Of a stretch of 64,000 nucleotides of DNA, positions 27,994-37,796 are shown in pieces. The stretch's first letter is position 1, and each line of letters opens with the position of its first letter. The position numbers and the translations under genes were made by a program. The stretch comes from a bacterium (GTDB taxonomy: Bacteria; UBA8248): the NCBI GenBank assembly GCA_965261085.1, contig OZ253442.1:256001-320000 (forward strand), in the 5' to 3' direction. The notes under the pieces were generated by a model. The model was not told the DNA's origin, ran no database searches, and saw only the letters and a program-made list of their open reading frames with translations.

Positions 27994-29496
27994 CTAAATG
28001 AACCCGGCGACGGTGCCCTTCGCCGCGTCGAGGAAGCTGCCCGGGAAGATGCCCAGCAGCAGGGTCGCCACCACCAGCACCACCAGCGCGAAAAACAGAG
28101 AAGGCGCGCTCGAAAGACTCATCACCTCCTGGCTCTCTCCCCTGTTCTCCATAAACATCACCATCATGATGCGGCCGTAGTAGTACATCGAAACCGCGCT
28201 CATGAGAAGCCCGATCGCGGCGAGCCAGTAATACTCGTTTTGCACCGCCGCGGCGAACAGGTAGAGCTTGCCGACGAAGCCGGCCGTCGGCGGAATGCCG
28301 CCGAGAGATAGCAGGAACACCACGAAGGCCATCCCCGCCCAGGGGTGCGCCTGCCCGATTCCCCTCCAGTCCTCGATGTTGTCACCCCGGTAGCCCTCCC
28401 GGCACACGAGAACCAACATGCCGAAGGCTCCCAGGTTCGTGAACAGATAAGCAAGCAGATAAAACACCACCGCGCTGATGCCGATGGAAGTAAACGTCAC
28501 CTTGCCGTCCACAATGCTCATGGTGGCCACCACGCCCATCAGCACGTAGCCCGCGTGTCCGATGCTCGAGTACGCCAGCATCCTCTTGAGGCTCGTCTGG
28601 GCGATGGCCGCCACGTTCCCCCACACCATCGTGAACGCCGTGAGCGCCCACAGCAAGGTGTTCCACCTATCGGCCATGGCAGGGAGCGCCACGAAGAATA
28701 TCCGCATCAAGGCGGCCACGGTCGCGAATTTGACGGCCACGGACATGAAGCCCGTAATCGGGGTCGGAGCGCCCGTATAGGCGTCGGGCAGCCACATGTG
28801 AAAAGGCGCCATCGCCAGCTTGAATCCAAAACCCGCGACCAGGAGAATCAGGCCGAAAATCATCAACGGGTTCTGCGCGATGGCCGCGCCCCCGGAACCT
28901 GCGAACGCCGCCGCTATTCCGGGAATCGAGGTCGTTCCGGTGAATCCGTACGTCAGGGCCATGCCGTAGAGGAGAACGCCGGAGGCGAAAGCGCCCATGA
29001 GGAAATACTTGAGGCCCGCCTCCCGGCTCAAGGGGTCGTGCCGCATGAACGCCACGAGCACGTAGATGCTGATGCTCATGGTCTCGAGACCCAGATAGAC
29101 CGTTATCAAATCGTTGCCCGATGCCATCACGAGCATCCCGAACACCGAGAAGAGCAGCATGGCGTACAATTCGCCGAAGTTGATCTTCTCCACCTTGGCG
29201 TATTGAAGCAGCATCAGAATGGAAATGGCCGTGCAGAGAAGCACGCACACCTTGACGAACACGCTCAAATTGTCGACCACGTAAAAGCCGCTGAACGTCG
29301 TTCTCGAACCCTCGCCCCATTGCCCGAAGGCGACGAGCCCCAAAATCACGACCCCCACGAACGCCACGACGCCCACGCGCGATTTGTTCTCGATCGACAC
29401 GAACAGGTCGAGGATGAGAACCGCACAGACGAGTACGGCCAGTCCTATCTCGGGAGCCGCCAGGGATAAGGCGATATCGGGAATCACCACTTGCAT
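27994..29496 (-). CDS. nuoN: NADH-quinone oxidoreductase subunit N (operon 2)
   Basis: EAGLKYFLMGA, FKLAMAPFHMWLPDAY.GAP, KRMLAYSSIGHAGY, GIPPTAGFVGK. Confidence 0.95.
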   Translation of the reverse strand: MQVVIPDIALSLAAPEIGLAVLVCAVLILDLFVSIENKSRVGVVAFVGVVILGLVAFGQWGEGSRTTFSGFYVVDNLSVFVKVCVLLCTAISILMLLQYAKVEKINFGELYAMLLFSVFGMLVMASGNDLITVYLGLETMSISIYVLVAFMRHDPLSREAGLKYFLMGAFASGVLLYGMALTYGFTGTTSIPGIAAAFAGSGGAAIAQNPLMIFGLILLVAGFGFKLAMAPFHMWLPDAYTGAPTPITGFMSVAVKFATVAALMRIFFVALPAMADRWNTLLWALTAFTMVWGNVAAIAQTSLKRMLAYSSIGHAGYVLMGVVATMSIVDGKVTFTSIGISAVVFYLLAYLFTNLGAFGMLVLVCREGYRGDNIEDWRGIGQAHPWAGMAFVVFLLSLGGIPPTAGFVGKLYLFAAAVQNEYYWLAAIGLLMSAVSMYYYGRIMMVMFMENRGESQEVMSLSSAPSLFFALVVLVVATLLLGIFPGSFLDAAKGTVAGFI

Positions 29497-29530
29497 CAGA
29501 AAGACTCCATCAAATCAAGCGAAATCTCGT

Positions 29531-31081
29531 TTATTTTCTCTTGAGCTTCGTCATTTTACCGACCACGGCTTTTTGCGGAACTGCCGCCACGTTCACCATC
29601 TTCACGACTTTCTTCACGCTCGCCTCCATCCTTCCGAGGAACGGCTTGGGATACAGGCCAATCCAGAACATCAGGACGATCAGCGGCAGAAGGTAGAGAA
29701 CTTCGCGCGCGTTGCAGTCGGTGAGTTTCTCGTTCTTGGGATTATCCAGATTTCCGAAGAAAACCCGCTGGAACAGCCAGAGCATGTACGCTGCTCCCAG
29801 GACGATGCCCACCACGGCGAACGCGGCGTATACATAGCTCTTCTTGAACGCGCCGATGAGAATAAGAAACTCGCCCACGAACCCGTTCAGCCCCGGTAGC
29901 CCGATGCTGCTCAGCATCGTGATGGCGAAGAACACCGTGTAGACAGGCACGACTTTCGAGAGGCCGCCATATTCCGAGATGAGACGCGTATGGCGCCTTT
30001 CGTAAACGATGCCCACCAGAAGGAACAAGGCGCCCGTGCTGATTCCGTGGTTGATCATCTGAAGCTGCCCGCCGAGCACGCCCTGCTCGTTCAGAGCGAA
30101 CACGCCGAGCATCACGAAGCCCAGGTGACTCACGGAAGAATAGGCCACCAGTTTCTTCATGTCAGTCTGCGCCATGGCCACCAGCGCCCCGTAGATGATG
30201 CCGATAATGGAGAGAAGCATCATGAAGGGCACGAAAACATGACTCGCCTGGGGCAGCAGGGGCAGGGCGAAGCGCACGAATCCGTAGGTTCCCATTTTCA
30301 ACAGGATACCCGCCAGAATCACGCTGCCCGCCGTGGGGGCTTCCACGTGCGCGTCCGGCAGCCAGGTGTGAAAGGGGAACATGGGAACCTTGATGGCGAA
30401 GCCGATGAAGAACGCCAGGAATATCCATATCTGGAGCGAAAGCGGTATCTTCGGCCCCACGGCGTACAACTCGACCAGATTGAACGTGAGGGTTCCGGTT
30501 CCCATTTTGAAGTTGGCGAAGTAGAACGCCAGAATCCCCAACAGCATCAACACGCTGCCGAACAGCGTATAGAGGAAAAACTTGATCGCCGCGTAGAGTT
30601 TCCTCGGCCCGCCCCACACGCCGATGAGGAAATACATCGGCACCAGGGTGATTTCGAAGAACACGTAGAAGAGGAAAATATCGAGCGCGACGAAGGTGCC
30701 CAGCATACCGGTCGCCAGCAAAAGGAGACAGACGTAGTATTCTTTTTCACGCTCCTCGATGGAGGTGAACGAGCACAAGACCCCCACGATCATCGTCAGC
30801 GTCGTGAGCAGTACGAGCAGTACGCTGATTCCGTCGATGCCGACGAAATAGCTCACGCCGATGGTGGGTATCCAACTCACCTTCTCCACGAACTGAAATC
30901 CGGCTTCGGCTTTATCGAAACGGAACCACAGGGGAAGTGAAATCAGGAAGTCCAAGACCGCCACCGCCGTGGCGAAACCCTTGATGGCTTTCGTCTGCTC
31001 TTTTTTCATGAAGAGCATGATAATCACCGCACCCGCCGCGGGCAGGAAGGTGATCAGCGTAAGAAGCGGCATGTTACTCAT
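29531..31081 (-). CDS. nuoM: NADH-quinone oxidoreductase subunit M (operon 2)
   Basis: GIDGISVLL, KFFLYT, IKVPMFPFHTWLPDAHVEAPT, AYSSVSHLG, GLPGLNGFVGE. Confidence 0.95.
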   Translation of the reverse strand: MSNMPLLTLITFLPAAGAVIIMLFMKKEQTKAIKGFATAVAVLDFLISLPLWFRFDKAEAGFQFVEKVSWIPTIGVSYFVGIDGISVLLVLLTTLTMIVGVLCSFTSIEEREKEYYVCLLLLATGMLGTFVALDIFLFYVFFEITLVPMYFLIGVWGGPRKLYAAIKFFLYTLFGSVLMLLGILAFYFANFKMGTGTLTFNLVELYAVGPKIPLSLQIWIFLAFFIGFAIKVPMFPFHTWLPDAHVEAPTAGSVILAGILLKMGTYGFVRFALPLLPQASHVFVPFMMLLSIIGIIYGALVAMAQTDMKKLVAYSSVSHLGFVMLGVFALNEQGVLGGQLQMINHGISTGALFLLVGIVYERRHTRLISEYGGLSKVVPVYTVFFAITMLSSIGLPGLNGFVGEFLILIGAFKKSYVYAAFAVVGIVLGAAYMLWLFQRVFFGNLDNPKNEKLTDCNAREVLYLLPLIVLMFWIGLYPKPFLGRMEASVKKVVKMVNVAAVPQKAVVGKMTKLKRK

Positions 31082-31104
31082 AGTTCCTCCAAAACCTCAT
31101 CGCA

Positions 31105-33129
31105 TCAGCGGAAAAGGTACGCGCTCAGCATCACGAAGATGCCCAACAGCATCACGAAAAGATAATTCTGAACCATTCCGGACTGCATATATTTGAATAC
31201 CTGGGAGATAAAGCGGATGAAGCTCGCCGTGCCGTTCACCGCGCCGTCAACCGTCCGTAGGTCGAAAATCCCGGAAAGACGGCTCGTCACGACGGTGATG
31301 AGCGAACTGCCGTTCACCGCGCCGTCCACCACCTTCGCATCGAAGGTCCACAAGCCGCGCATGAGCTTGTAAGTCGGCTCGACGATGCAGGCCTGATAAA
31401 TCTCGTCGATATAGTATTTGCCCAGGAGCAGATAATATATGCCCGGCATGCGTCTGTATAAGCGCCTCGGCGCTTCGGTGTCCTTCACGTACATAAGCCA
31501 CGCGAGGGCGATGCCGCCCAGGGAGATGGCGATGGCCAGGATGATCAGGTACACCGCCGCGGGCCCACTGTGGCCGCCGCCATCGGTCGCGGCGTTCATC
31601 AGGCGCACCCCCTGGTCCATGGCGTGGCCGCCGGCCGGCATCTTCGCCAGCGAGGGCGCCAAGAAGCGGTGTATCCAGCCGCCCTCGGGCGGGAAACCGG
31701 GAATGACGCCGCCAATCACGCTCAGGACCGCCAGGATGACGAGCGGAACCGTCATCGTGGGGGGAGATTCGTGAATGTGCTCGCGGGCGTGATGATCGAC
31801 GCGCATCTCGCCGTGGAACGTCATGAAGATGAGCCGGAACATGTAGAAGGCCGTCATGAAGGCCGCAACGCAGCCCATGACCCAGACCGTGTAGTGCCCC
31901 GTGAAGAAAGCGTTCGCCAGAATCTCGTCCTTGCTCCAGAAACCCGCCAGCGGCGGCACGCCCGCGATGGCGATGGCGCCTATCAGGAACGTCCAGTACG
32001 TCACGGGCATCTTGTCTTTCAAGCCGCCCATGTAGCGCATGTCCTGTTGCTGTTCCTCGGGCGCATGGTGAAGCGCGTGGATCACGCTGCCGCTTCCCAA
32101 AAAGAGCAGACCCTTGAAGAAGGCATGGGTCATCAGATGGAAGATGGCGGCCGTGAAGGCGCCCACGCCCAGCGCCATGAACATGAAGCCGAGCTGGCTC
32201 ACCGTGCTGTAGGCGAGTACGCGCTTGATGTCGTTTTGCACCAGTCCGATGCTCGCGGCGAAAAGACCCGTGAGCGCGCCGACGATGGCGATGACGCTCA
32301 GCGCGTCCGGCCCCATGACGTAGATGGGACTCGTGCGCGCGACCATATAAACGCCCGCCGTCACCATGGTGGCGGCATGGATGAGAGCGCTCACCGGCGT
32401 CGGTCCTTCCATGGCGTCGGGCAGCCAGACGTAGAGCGGAATCTGCGCGCTCTTGCCGGCAGCTCCGACGAACAGCAGAAGGCCGACGGCCGTGGCCGCC
32501 GCCGCGCTCATCTCGGGAGCCGCCTTGAAGACTTCCGAATAGGTGAGGCTGCCGGTCACCGTCCAGATGAGGAACATGCCGAGCAGAAAACCCGCATCGC
32601 CGATCCGGTTGACGATGAACGCCTTCTTGCCGGCGTCGGATGCGGATTTCTTCTCGTACCAGAACCCGATGAGCAGATAGCTGCACAGGCCCACGCCCTC
32701 CCAGCCGACGAACATGACGAGATAGTTGTCCCCCAGCACCAGGAGGAACATCGAGAGCATGAAAAGGTTGAGATAGGCGAAAAAGCGCGGATAGCCCGGA
32801 TCTTCGTGCATGTAGCCCACGGCGTAGACGTGCACCAGAAAACCCACGCCCGCCACCACCAGCAGCATGATGGTGCTCAAGGGATCGATCAGGAAGCTCA
32901 TCGACACGCTGAGGCTGCCCGCCTCCACCCACGTCCACAGCGGAATGGTGTGGCTGCCGCCCGCGCCGAAGATCATCTCAGAAGCTATGCCCAGCACGAC
33001 GAGAAGGGACAAGCCCGCCATGACGGACGCGAGGGGGCCCGCCTTCTCGCCCACGTGCCTTCCGAACAACCCGTTGATCAGAACCCCGATCACCGGGAAA
33101 ACGGGAATGAGCCAAGCCAGTTCGATCAT
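31105..33129 (-). CDS. nuoL: NADH-quinone oxidoreductase subunit L (operon 2)
   Basis: GWEGVGLCSYLLIGFW, GKSAQIPLYVWLPDAMEGPTPVSALIHAATMV, C-terminal lateral helix. Confidence 0.95.
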   Translation of the reverse strand: MIELAWLIPVFPVIGVLINGLFGRHVGEKAGPLASVMAGLSLLVVLGIASEMIFGAGGSHTIPLWTWVEAGSLSVSMSFLIDPLSTIMLLVVAGVGFLVHVYAVGYMHEDPGYPRFFAYLNLFMLSMFLLVLGDNYLVMFVGWEGVGLCSYLLIGFWYEKKSASDAGKKAFIVNRIGDAGFLLGMFLIWTVTGSLTYSEVFKAAPEMSAAAATAVGLLLFVGAAGKSAQIPLYVWLPDAMEGPTPVSALIHAATMVTAGVYMVARTSPIYVMGPDALSVIAIVGALTGLFAASIGLVQNDIKRVLAYSTVSQLGFMFMALGVGAFTAAIFHLMTHAFFKGLLFLGSGSVIHALHHAPEEQQQDMRYMGGLKDKMPVTYWTFLIGAIAIAGVPPLAGFWSKDEILANAFFTGHYTVWVMGCVAAFMTAFYMFRLIFMTFHGEMRVDHHAREHIHESPPTMTVPLVILAVLSVIGGVIPGFPPEGGWIHRFLAPSLAKMPAGGHAMDQGVRLMNAATDGGGHSGPAAVYLIILAIAISLGGIALAWLMYVKDTEAPRRLYRRMPGIYYLLLGKYYIDEIYQACIVEPTYKLMRGLWTFDAKVVDGAVNGSSLITVVTSRLSGIFDLRTVDGAVNGTASFIRFISQVFKYMQSGMVQNYLFVMLLGIFVMLSAYLFR

Positions 33130-33136
33130 GATTCCC

Positions 33137-33439
33137 CTACCACTTCAAAAGGTTGACTTCGTCCACGTTGACCATCGTGCGGTCGCGGTTCAGGGCGATG
33201 AGAATCGCAAGTCCCACGGCCGCCTCGCACGCCGCCACGGTGATGACGAAAATGGCGAACACCTGGCCCGTCATATCCGCCCAGTGGCGCGAGAAGCCCA
33301 CGAAGGTCACGTTCACGGCATTGAGCATCAATTCGATGGACAACAAGATGATGATGGCGTTTCGGCGCATCAGCACGCCCGCCGCGCCGATGAGGAACAA
33401 AATGGCGCCCAGAGCGAGATAATGAGTCATCTGTATCAT
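33137..33439 (-). CDS. nuoK: NADH-quinone oxidoreductase subunit K (operon 2)
   Basis: [31 protein letters not shown]. Confidence 0.95.
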   Translation of the reverse strand: MIQMTHYLALGAILFLIGAAGVLMRRNAIIILLSIELMLNAVNVTFVGFSRHWADMTGQVFAIFVITVAACEAAVGLAILIALNRDRTMVNVDEVNLLKW

Positions 33440-33458
33440 AACGGGTTCTTTCTCCCCT

Positions 33459-33968
33459 CTATCGGTCTATCGTGCGTTTCGCGAGGACGATGGCGCCGAT
33501 CATCGCGGCCAGCAGGAGGATGGAGGCCACCTCGAAGGGGAACAGGAATTTCGTGTACAAGACCGCGCCCAGGGCCTCGACGTTGCCCGGCGTGGCTCCT
33601 ATGGACCACCCCCATTGCCTGGGCGTCGCGAACTCCACATCCCCCATCACGGCCCATATTTCCAGACCCAGCAAAACGGCCGCCACGAGCACCATGATTC
33701 CCTGGCGGTGCCACTGCCGCATCCGGACGGCCACTTCCACGTTCATCAGCATGATCGAGAACAGGTACAGCACCATGATGCCGCCCGCGTAGAGCAGAAT
33801 CTGCACCGCCGCCAGAAACTCCGCCCCGGCCAGCACGAAGATGCCCGAGAGGAAGAAAAACGTCAGCACCAGCAACAAGGCCGCGTGAATCACGTTCGCG
33901 CGCGTGATCATCAGCAAAGAGGTGATAATCATCCCGCCACCGAACAAATAAAAGAAATATAGCTCCAC
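33459..33968 (-). CDS. nuoJ: NADH-quinone oxidoreductase subunit J (operon 2)
   Basis: [43 protein letters not shown]. Confidence 0.95.
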   Translation of the reverse strand: MELYFFYLFGGGMIITSLLMITRANVIHAALLLVLTFFFLSGIFVLAGAEFLAAVQILLYAGGIMVLYLFSIMLMNVEVAVRMRQWHRQGIMVLVAAVLLGLEIWAVMGDVEFATPRQWGWSIGATPGNVEALGAVLYTKFLFPFEVASILLLAAMIGAIVLAKRTIDR

Positions 33969-33987
33969 CCTGCGTCTCTCCCGCGAT

Positions 33988-34959
33988 TTACAAGAACAGG
34001 TACTTCAGGAATCCGGTCAGGAAAATGTTGAACATCACGAGCGGGAACATGAACTTCCAGCCCACGCGCATCAGCTGATCGTAGCGGTAGCGCGGCAGCG
34101 TCGCCCGCAGCCATATGAACACGAATATCATCACGGCGAGCTTGAGGACATACCAGACGAATCCGGGAAGCGGAATGAAGTCCGGCCCCTGCCATCCGCC
34201 GAAGAACAGCGTGACGCCCACCGTCGAGACGACCACGATGTTGGCGTATTCCGCCAGGAAAAAGAACGCGAACTTCATCCCGCTGTATTCGGTATGAAAG
34301 CCCGCCACGAGTTCCGTTTCCGCCTCGGGCAAATCGAAAGGCACGCGGTTCGTCTCCGCAAGCGCTGCGATGAAGAAGACCATGAACGCTATGGGCTGAT
34401 AGAACACGAACCACACGTCGCTCTGGGCGTGCACGATCCCCTGCATATTGAGCGTGCCTGCGAGCATCAGCGGCCCGATGACGGAGAAACCCAGGAAAAT
34501 CTCGTAGCTCAGCATCTGCGCCGCGCTCCTGAGCGCGCCCAGAAGCGAGTATTTGCTGTTCGAGGCCCATCCCGCCATCACGATGCCGAACACGCCGAGC
34601 GAGCTGATCGCCAGGATGAAGAACAGCCCGATGTTCACCTGCGTGATATAGAACGTCGCGCTGAAGGGCAGCACCGAGTAGACGACGAAGGCGGGCACCA
34701 GCACCATGATGGGCGCCAGTACGAACACGATCCGGTCCGCCTTGTCGGGGATGATGTCTTCTTTCAGGAACAGCTTCAGCCCGTCCGCTATCGGCTGGAG
34801 AAGGCCGTGCCAGCCCACGCGCATCGGCCCGAGGCGCATCTGCGCGTGCGCGATCACCTTTCTCTCGGTATACGTCAGATACGCCGCCACGAGCTGAACC
34901 ACGTTCAGCACGATGAATATCTTTATCGCGGCGACCGCGACTTCAAGTGCCATGTCCAA
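33988..34959 (-). CDS. nuoH: NADH-quinone oxidoreductase subunit H (operon 2)
   Basis: ERK...[53 protein letters not shown]; alternative start ATG 34953. Confidence 0.95.
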   Translation of the reverse strand: MDMALEVAVAAIKIFIVLNVVQLVAAYLTYTERKVIAHAQMRLGPMRVGWHGLLQPIADGLKLFLKEDIIPDKADRIVFVLAPIMVLVPAFVVYSVLPFSATFYITQVNIGLFFILAISSLGVFGIVMAGWASNSKYSLLGALRSAAQMLSYEIFLGFSVIGPLMLAGTLNMQGIVHAQSDVWFVFYQPIAFMVFFIAALAETNRVPFDLPEAETELVAGFHTEYSGMKFAFFFLAEYANIVVVSTVGVTLFFGGWQGPDFIPLPGFVWYVLKLAVMIFVFIWLRATLPRYRYDQLMRVGWKFMFPLVMFNIFLTGFLKYLFL

Positions 34960-34971
34960 CGAAACTACTCC

Positions 34972-36111
34972 TTACCGATCACACTCGCCCAACACGATGT
35001 CGATGCTTCCGATGATGGCCACCACGTCTGCGACCAACTGCCCGATGCACAGCTTCTTCAGCCCGCCCAGGTTGATGAATGAGGGCGGCCGAATGCGCAC
35101 GCGATAGGGCGTCGTCGTCCCATCGCTCACGATGTAAAAACCGAACTCGCCCTTGGGATTTTCAATGCTGTGGTAGATCTCGCCCTCGGGGGGCTTGATG
35201 GTGCGCGGCGTCTTGCAGCTCACCGGCCCGCCGGGAAGCTGCTTGAGGCACTGCTGGATGATGCGGGTGCTCTGGCGCATCTCCTCGACGCGCACCAGAT
35301 ACCGATCATAGATATCGCCGTTCTCACCGACGGGCACGATGAAATCGAGATAGGGATACGCCGCGTAGGGCTTGGCGCGCCTCAAGTCCCAACGCACGCC
35401 GCTGCCCCGGATGATCGGGCCCGTCAATCCTAAGTCCAGCGCGTCCTCGGCGGAGATGACGCCCACGTCGCGCGTCCTCTGCAGCCAGATGCGGTTGTTG
35501 GTGAGCAGCGTCTCGTAGTCGTCGATGCGGCTCGGGAAGATGTCGATGAACTCCTGCGTGAGTTGCAGGAACTTATCCGGCACGTCCTCGTGCAGACCCC
35601 CGAGACGGAAGGCGTTCACCGTCAGGCGGCCGCCGAACGCCGTCTCGAAGAGATCGAGCACCATCTCACGCTCCCTGAAGCACCACAGGAAAACCGTCAT
35701 CGCCCCGATGTCCAGGGCGTGCGTGGCGAGCCAGAGCAGGTGGCTGGCGATGCGCGAGAGTTCCCCCACCATCGAGCGGATGTACTGCGCCCGCATGGGG
35801 ATCTCCCAGTCGAAGAATTTCTCCACCGCCGTGACCCACGCCAGATTGTTCGAGGGAGCCGCGATGTAGTCGAGGCGATCCGTATACGGGATGAACATCG
35901 TGTAGGTGATGTTCTCGCCAATCTTCTCCGTGCCGCGGTGCAGGTAGCCGATATCGCAGTCGAGATCGTTCACCGTCTCGCCGTCGAGCTTCAGGATGAC
36001 CCGGAGCACACCGTGCGTGCTCGGGTGCTGGGGACCCATGTTGATAACGAGTTCTTCTGTCCCGTGCAGGATGCTCTGCTCGATGCGAGACGTATTCGCT
36101 ACGCCGACCAT
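34972..36111 (-). CDS. nuoD: NADH-quinone oxidoreductase subunit D (operon 2, short form)
   Basis: NMGPQHPSTHGVLR, GYLHRG.EK, DRLDY, ends SIDIVLGECDR; no NiFe CxxC motifs. Confidence 0.95.
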   Translation of the reverse strand: MVGVANTSRIEQSILHGTEELVINMGPQHPSTHGVLRVILKLDGETVNDLDCDIGYLHRGTEKIGENITYTMFIPYTDRLDYIAAPSNNLAWVTAVEKFFDWEIPMRAQYIRSMVGELSRIASHLLWLATHALDIGAMTVFLWCFREREMVLDLFETAFGGRLTVNAFRLGGLHEDVPDKFLQLTQEFIDIFPSRIDDYETLLTNNRIWLQRTRDVGVISAEDALDLGLTGPIIRGSGVRWDLRRAKPYAAYPYLDFIVPVGENGDIYDRYLVRVEEMRQSTRIIQQCLKQLPGGPVSCKTPRTIKPPEGEIYHSIENPKGEFGFYIVSDGTTTPYRVRIRPPSFINLGGLKKLCIGQLVADVVAIIGSIDIVLGECDR

Positions 36112-36138
36112 ACCCTTATTCCTTCAAAATACGCTGCC

Positions 36139-36729
36139 CTAATCACCGATTTCCTTGCGCTTCGGCTTGGTGTAAATCCGCTCTCCCCTGCCCTCGAGCG
36201 GGTAGTCCTTTCTCATCGGATGGCTGCCCCAGTTATCGGGCAGGAGTATCCGCCGCAAATCCGGATGATCCTGAAACTCGATGCCGAACAAATCGTACAC
36301 CTCACGCTCCATCCAGTTCGCGCTGCTCCATATTCCCGAAACCGTTGGCACGGACTGACCATCCTTGATCCGCACCTTCAGGCGAAGCCTGCGGTTATGC
36401 TCGATGCTATAGAGGTGATACAGCACCTCCAGAGGATTTTCGGCCTCCGGGTAGTGCACCGCGGTCTGGTCGGTGAGGAGTTCGAAATGCGAATCTCCGT
36501 GGTCGCGCAGATGGGTGGCCACGCCGAGGAGGGAATCGAGTCCTATCACGAACGTCGCCTCGTCCTCCTCGTCCCGATAGGCGCTTTGCTCCAGGACGGC
36601 GCCCGGAAACTTCGATTCCACCAGTTCTTTCAAATCCTCACCGGGCGCGGTCTTCACCTCTTCGGGGGATTCATCGGAATCCGGCGCGCCATTTGCCTGT
36701 TCGCTGTTTTCCACCACTTCGTCCGGCAT
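36139..36729 (-). CDS. nuoC: NADH-quinone oxidoreductase subunit C (operon 2)
   Basis: ANWMEREVYDLFGIEF..HPDLRRIL, HPMRKDYP. Confidence 0.95.
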   Translation of the reverse strand: MPDEVVENSEQANGAPDSDESPEEVKTAPGEDLKELVESKFPGAVLEQSAYRDEEDEATFVIGLDSLLGVATHLRDHGDSHFELLTDQTAVHYPEAENPLEVLYHLYSIEHNRRLRLKVRIKDGQSVPTVSGIWSSANWMEREVYDLFGIEFQDHPDLRRILLPDNWGSHPMRKDYPLEGRGERIYTKPKRKEIGD

Positions 36730-36757
36730 CTTCTTCCCTTAGTCCGCCGTATGGCTT

Positions 36758-37234
36758 TTACCTGCGGATGTATTTTTCCTGTTCAATCTTTTTCTGAAGC
36801 TGCATGACGCCCCACATCAAGGACTCGGGCCTGGGCGGGCAACCCGGAACGTAGACGTCCACCGGGATGATTTCATCCACTCCCTGCATCACCGCATAGT
36901 TCGCATACGGGCCGCCGCAGGTGGCGCAGTTGCCCATCGCGATCACCCAGCGTGGCTCGGGCATCTGATCGTAGACCTTGCGAATCGCATCCCCCATCTT
37001 GTGGGTGACGGTGCCCGCCACGATGATCACGTCGGACTGCCTCGGCGTGGCCCGGAAGATGACGCCGAAACGATCAAAATCGTAACGCGCCGCACCTGAG
37101 GCCATCATCTCGATGGCGCAGCACGCCAGACCGAAGGTCATCGGCCAAAGCGCGCTTTTCCTCGCCCAGGCGACCAGGCTGTCGACTTTCGACGTGATGA
37201 AATTGTCGCTGAATTTACCCTCGACTATGCCCAC
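36758..37234 (-). CDS. nuoB: NADH-quinone oxidoreductase subunit B (operon 2)
   Basis: [36 protein letters not shown]; likely GTG start 37234 overlapping the nuoA end. Confidence 0.95.
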   Translation of the reverse strand: MGIVEGKFSDNFITSKVDSLVAWARKSALWPMTFGLACCAIEMMASGAARYDFDRFGVIFRATPRQSDVIIVAGTVTHKMGDAIRKVYDQMPEPRWVIAMGNCATCGGPYANYAVMQGVDEIIPVDVYVPGCPPRPESLMWGVMQLQKKIEQEKYIRR

Positions 37235-37617
37235 TCCAACGCTCCTTTTTTCCAAGCGTAGAAATAACCCACCAACAAGATGGCGATGAACAGCATCATC
37301 TCGATAAATCCGAACAATCCGAGGGCGTCGAATCGCACCGCCCAGGGGAAGAGGAACAAGGCTTCCACGTCGAAAAGCAGGAACAGTATGCCCAGTAAAT
37401 AAAAACGGATGGAGAAGCGCTCATGCGCCTCCATCAGGGGGGGCATGCCGCACTCGTAAGGTGAGTTCTTCTCGGGATCCGGCAAGTTGGGGCGGATAGC
37501 CAGCGCGACAATCAGTACGCTCGCGGCGAATGCGAACGCCATGAGCGTGAACAAAAATATGGGGATATAGGGATTGATGACCTCATAATCCCTGAAAAAA
37601 GCGCCTACAACCTCCAT
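37225..37617 (-). CDS. nuoA: NADH-quinone oxidoreductase subunit A (operon 2)
   Basis: [31 protein letters not shown]; start uncertain. Confidence 0.92.
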   Translation of the reverse strand: MEVVGAFFRDYEVINPYIPIFLFTLMAFAFAASVLIVALAIRPNLPDPEKNSPYECGMPPLMEAHERFSIRFYLLGILFLLFDVEALFLFPWAVRFDALGLFGFIEMMLFIAILLVGYFYAWKKGALEWA

Positions 37618-37796
37618 CGCATCCATGCGTGGCCCCCACAAAAACACAACTAGCCAGGGGTGATGAAAAATGCACCGCCCTCATCGCTGCCGCGAGGCGG
37701 ACATTTCCCTCGAATACCCCTGGAACAAAAACCTGAAACCGAATAAACCGCCATGACTTATATCATGGCGACAGCCCAAAAACCAACCCCTGGGGG

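Noticed and set aside
34972-37234. Group 4 [NiFe] hydrogenase interpretation of operon 2
   Set aside because: The large subunit lacks both CxxC Ni-binding motifs and keeps complex I quinone-site motifs.
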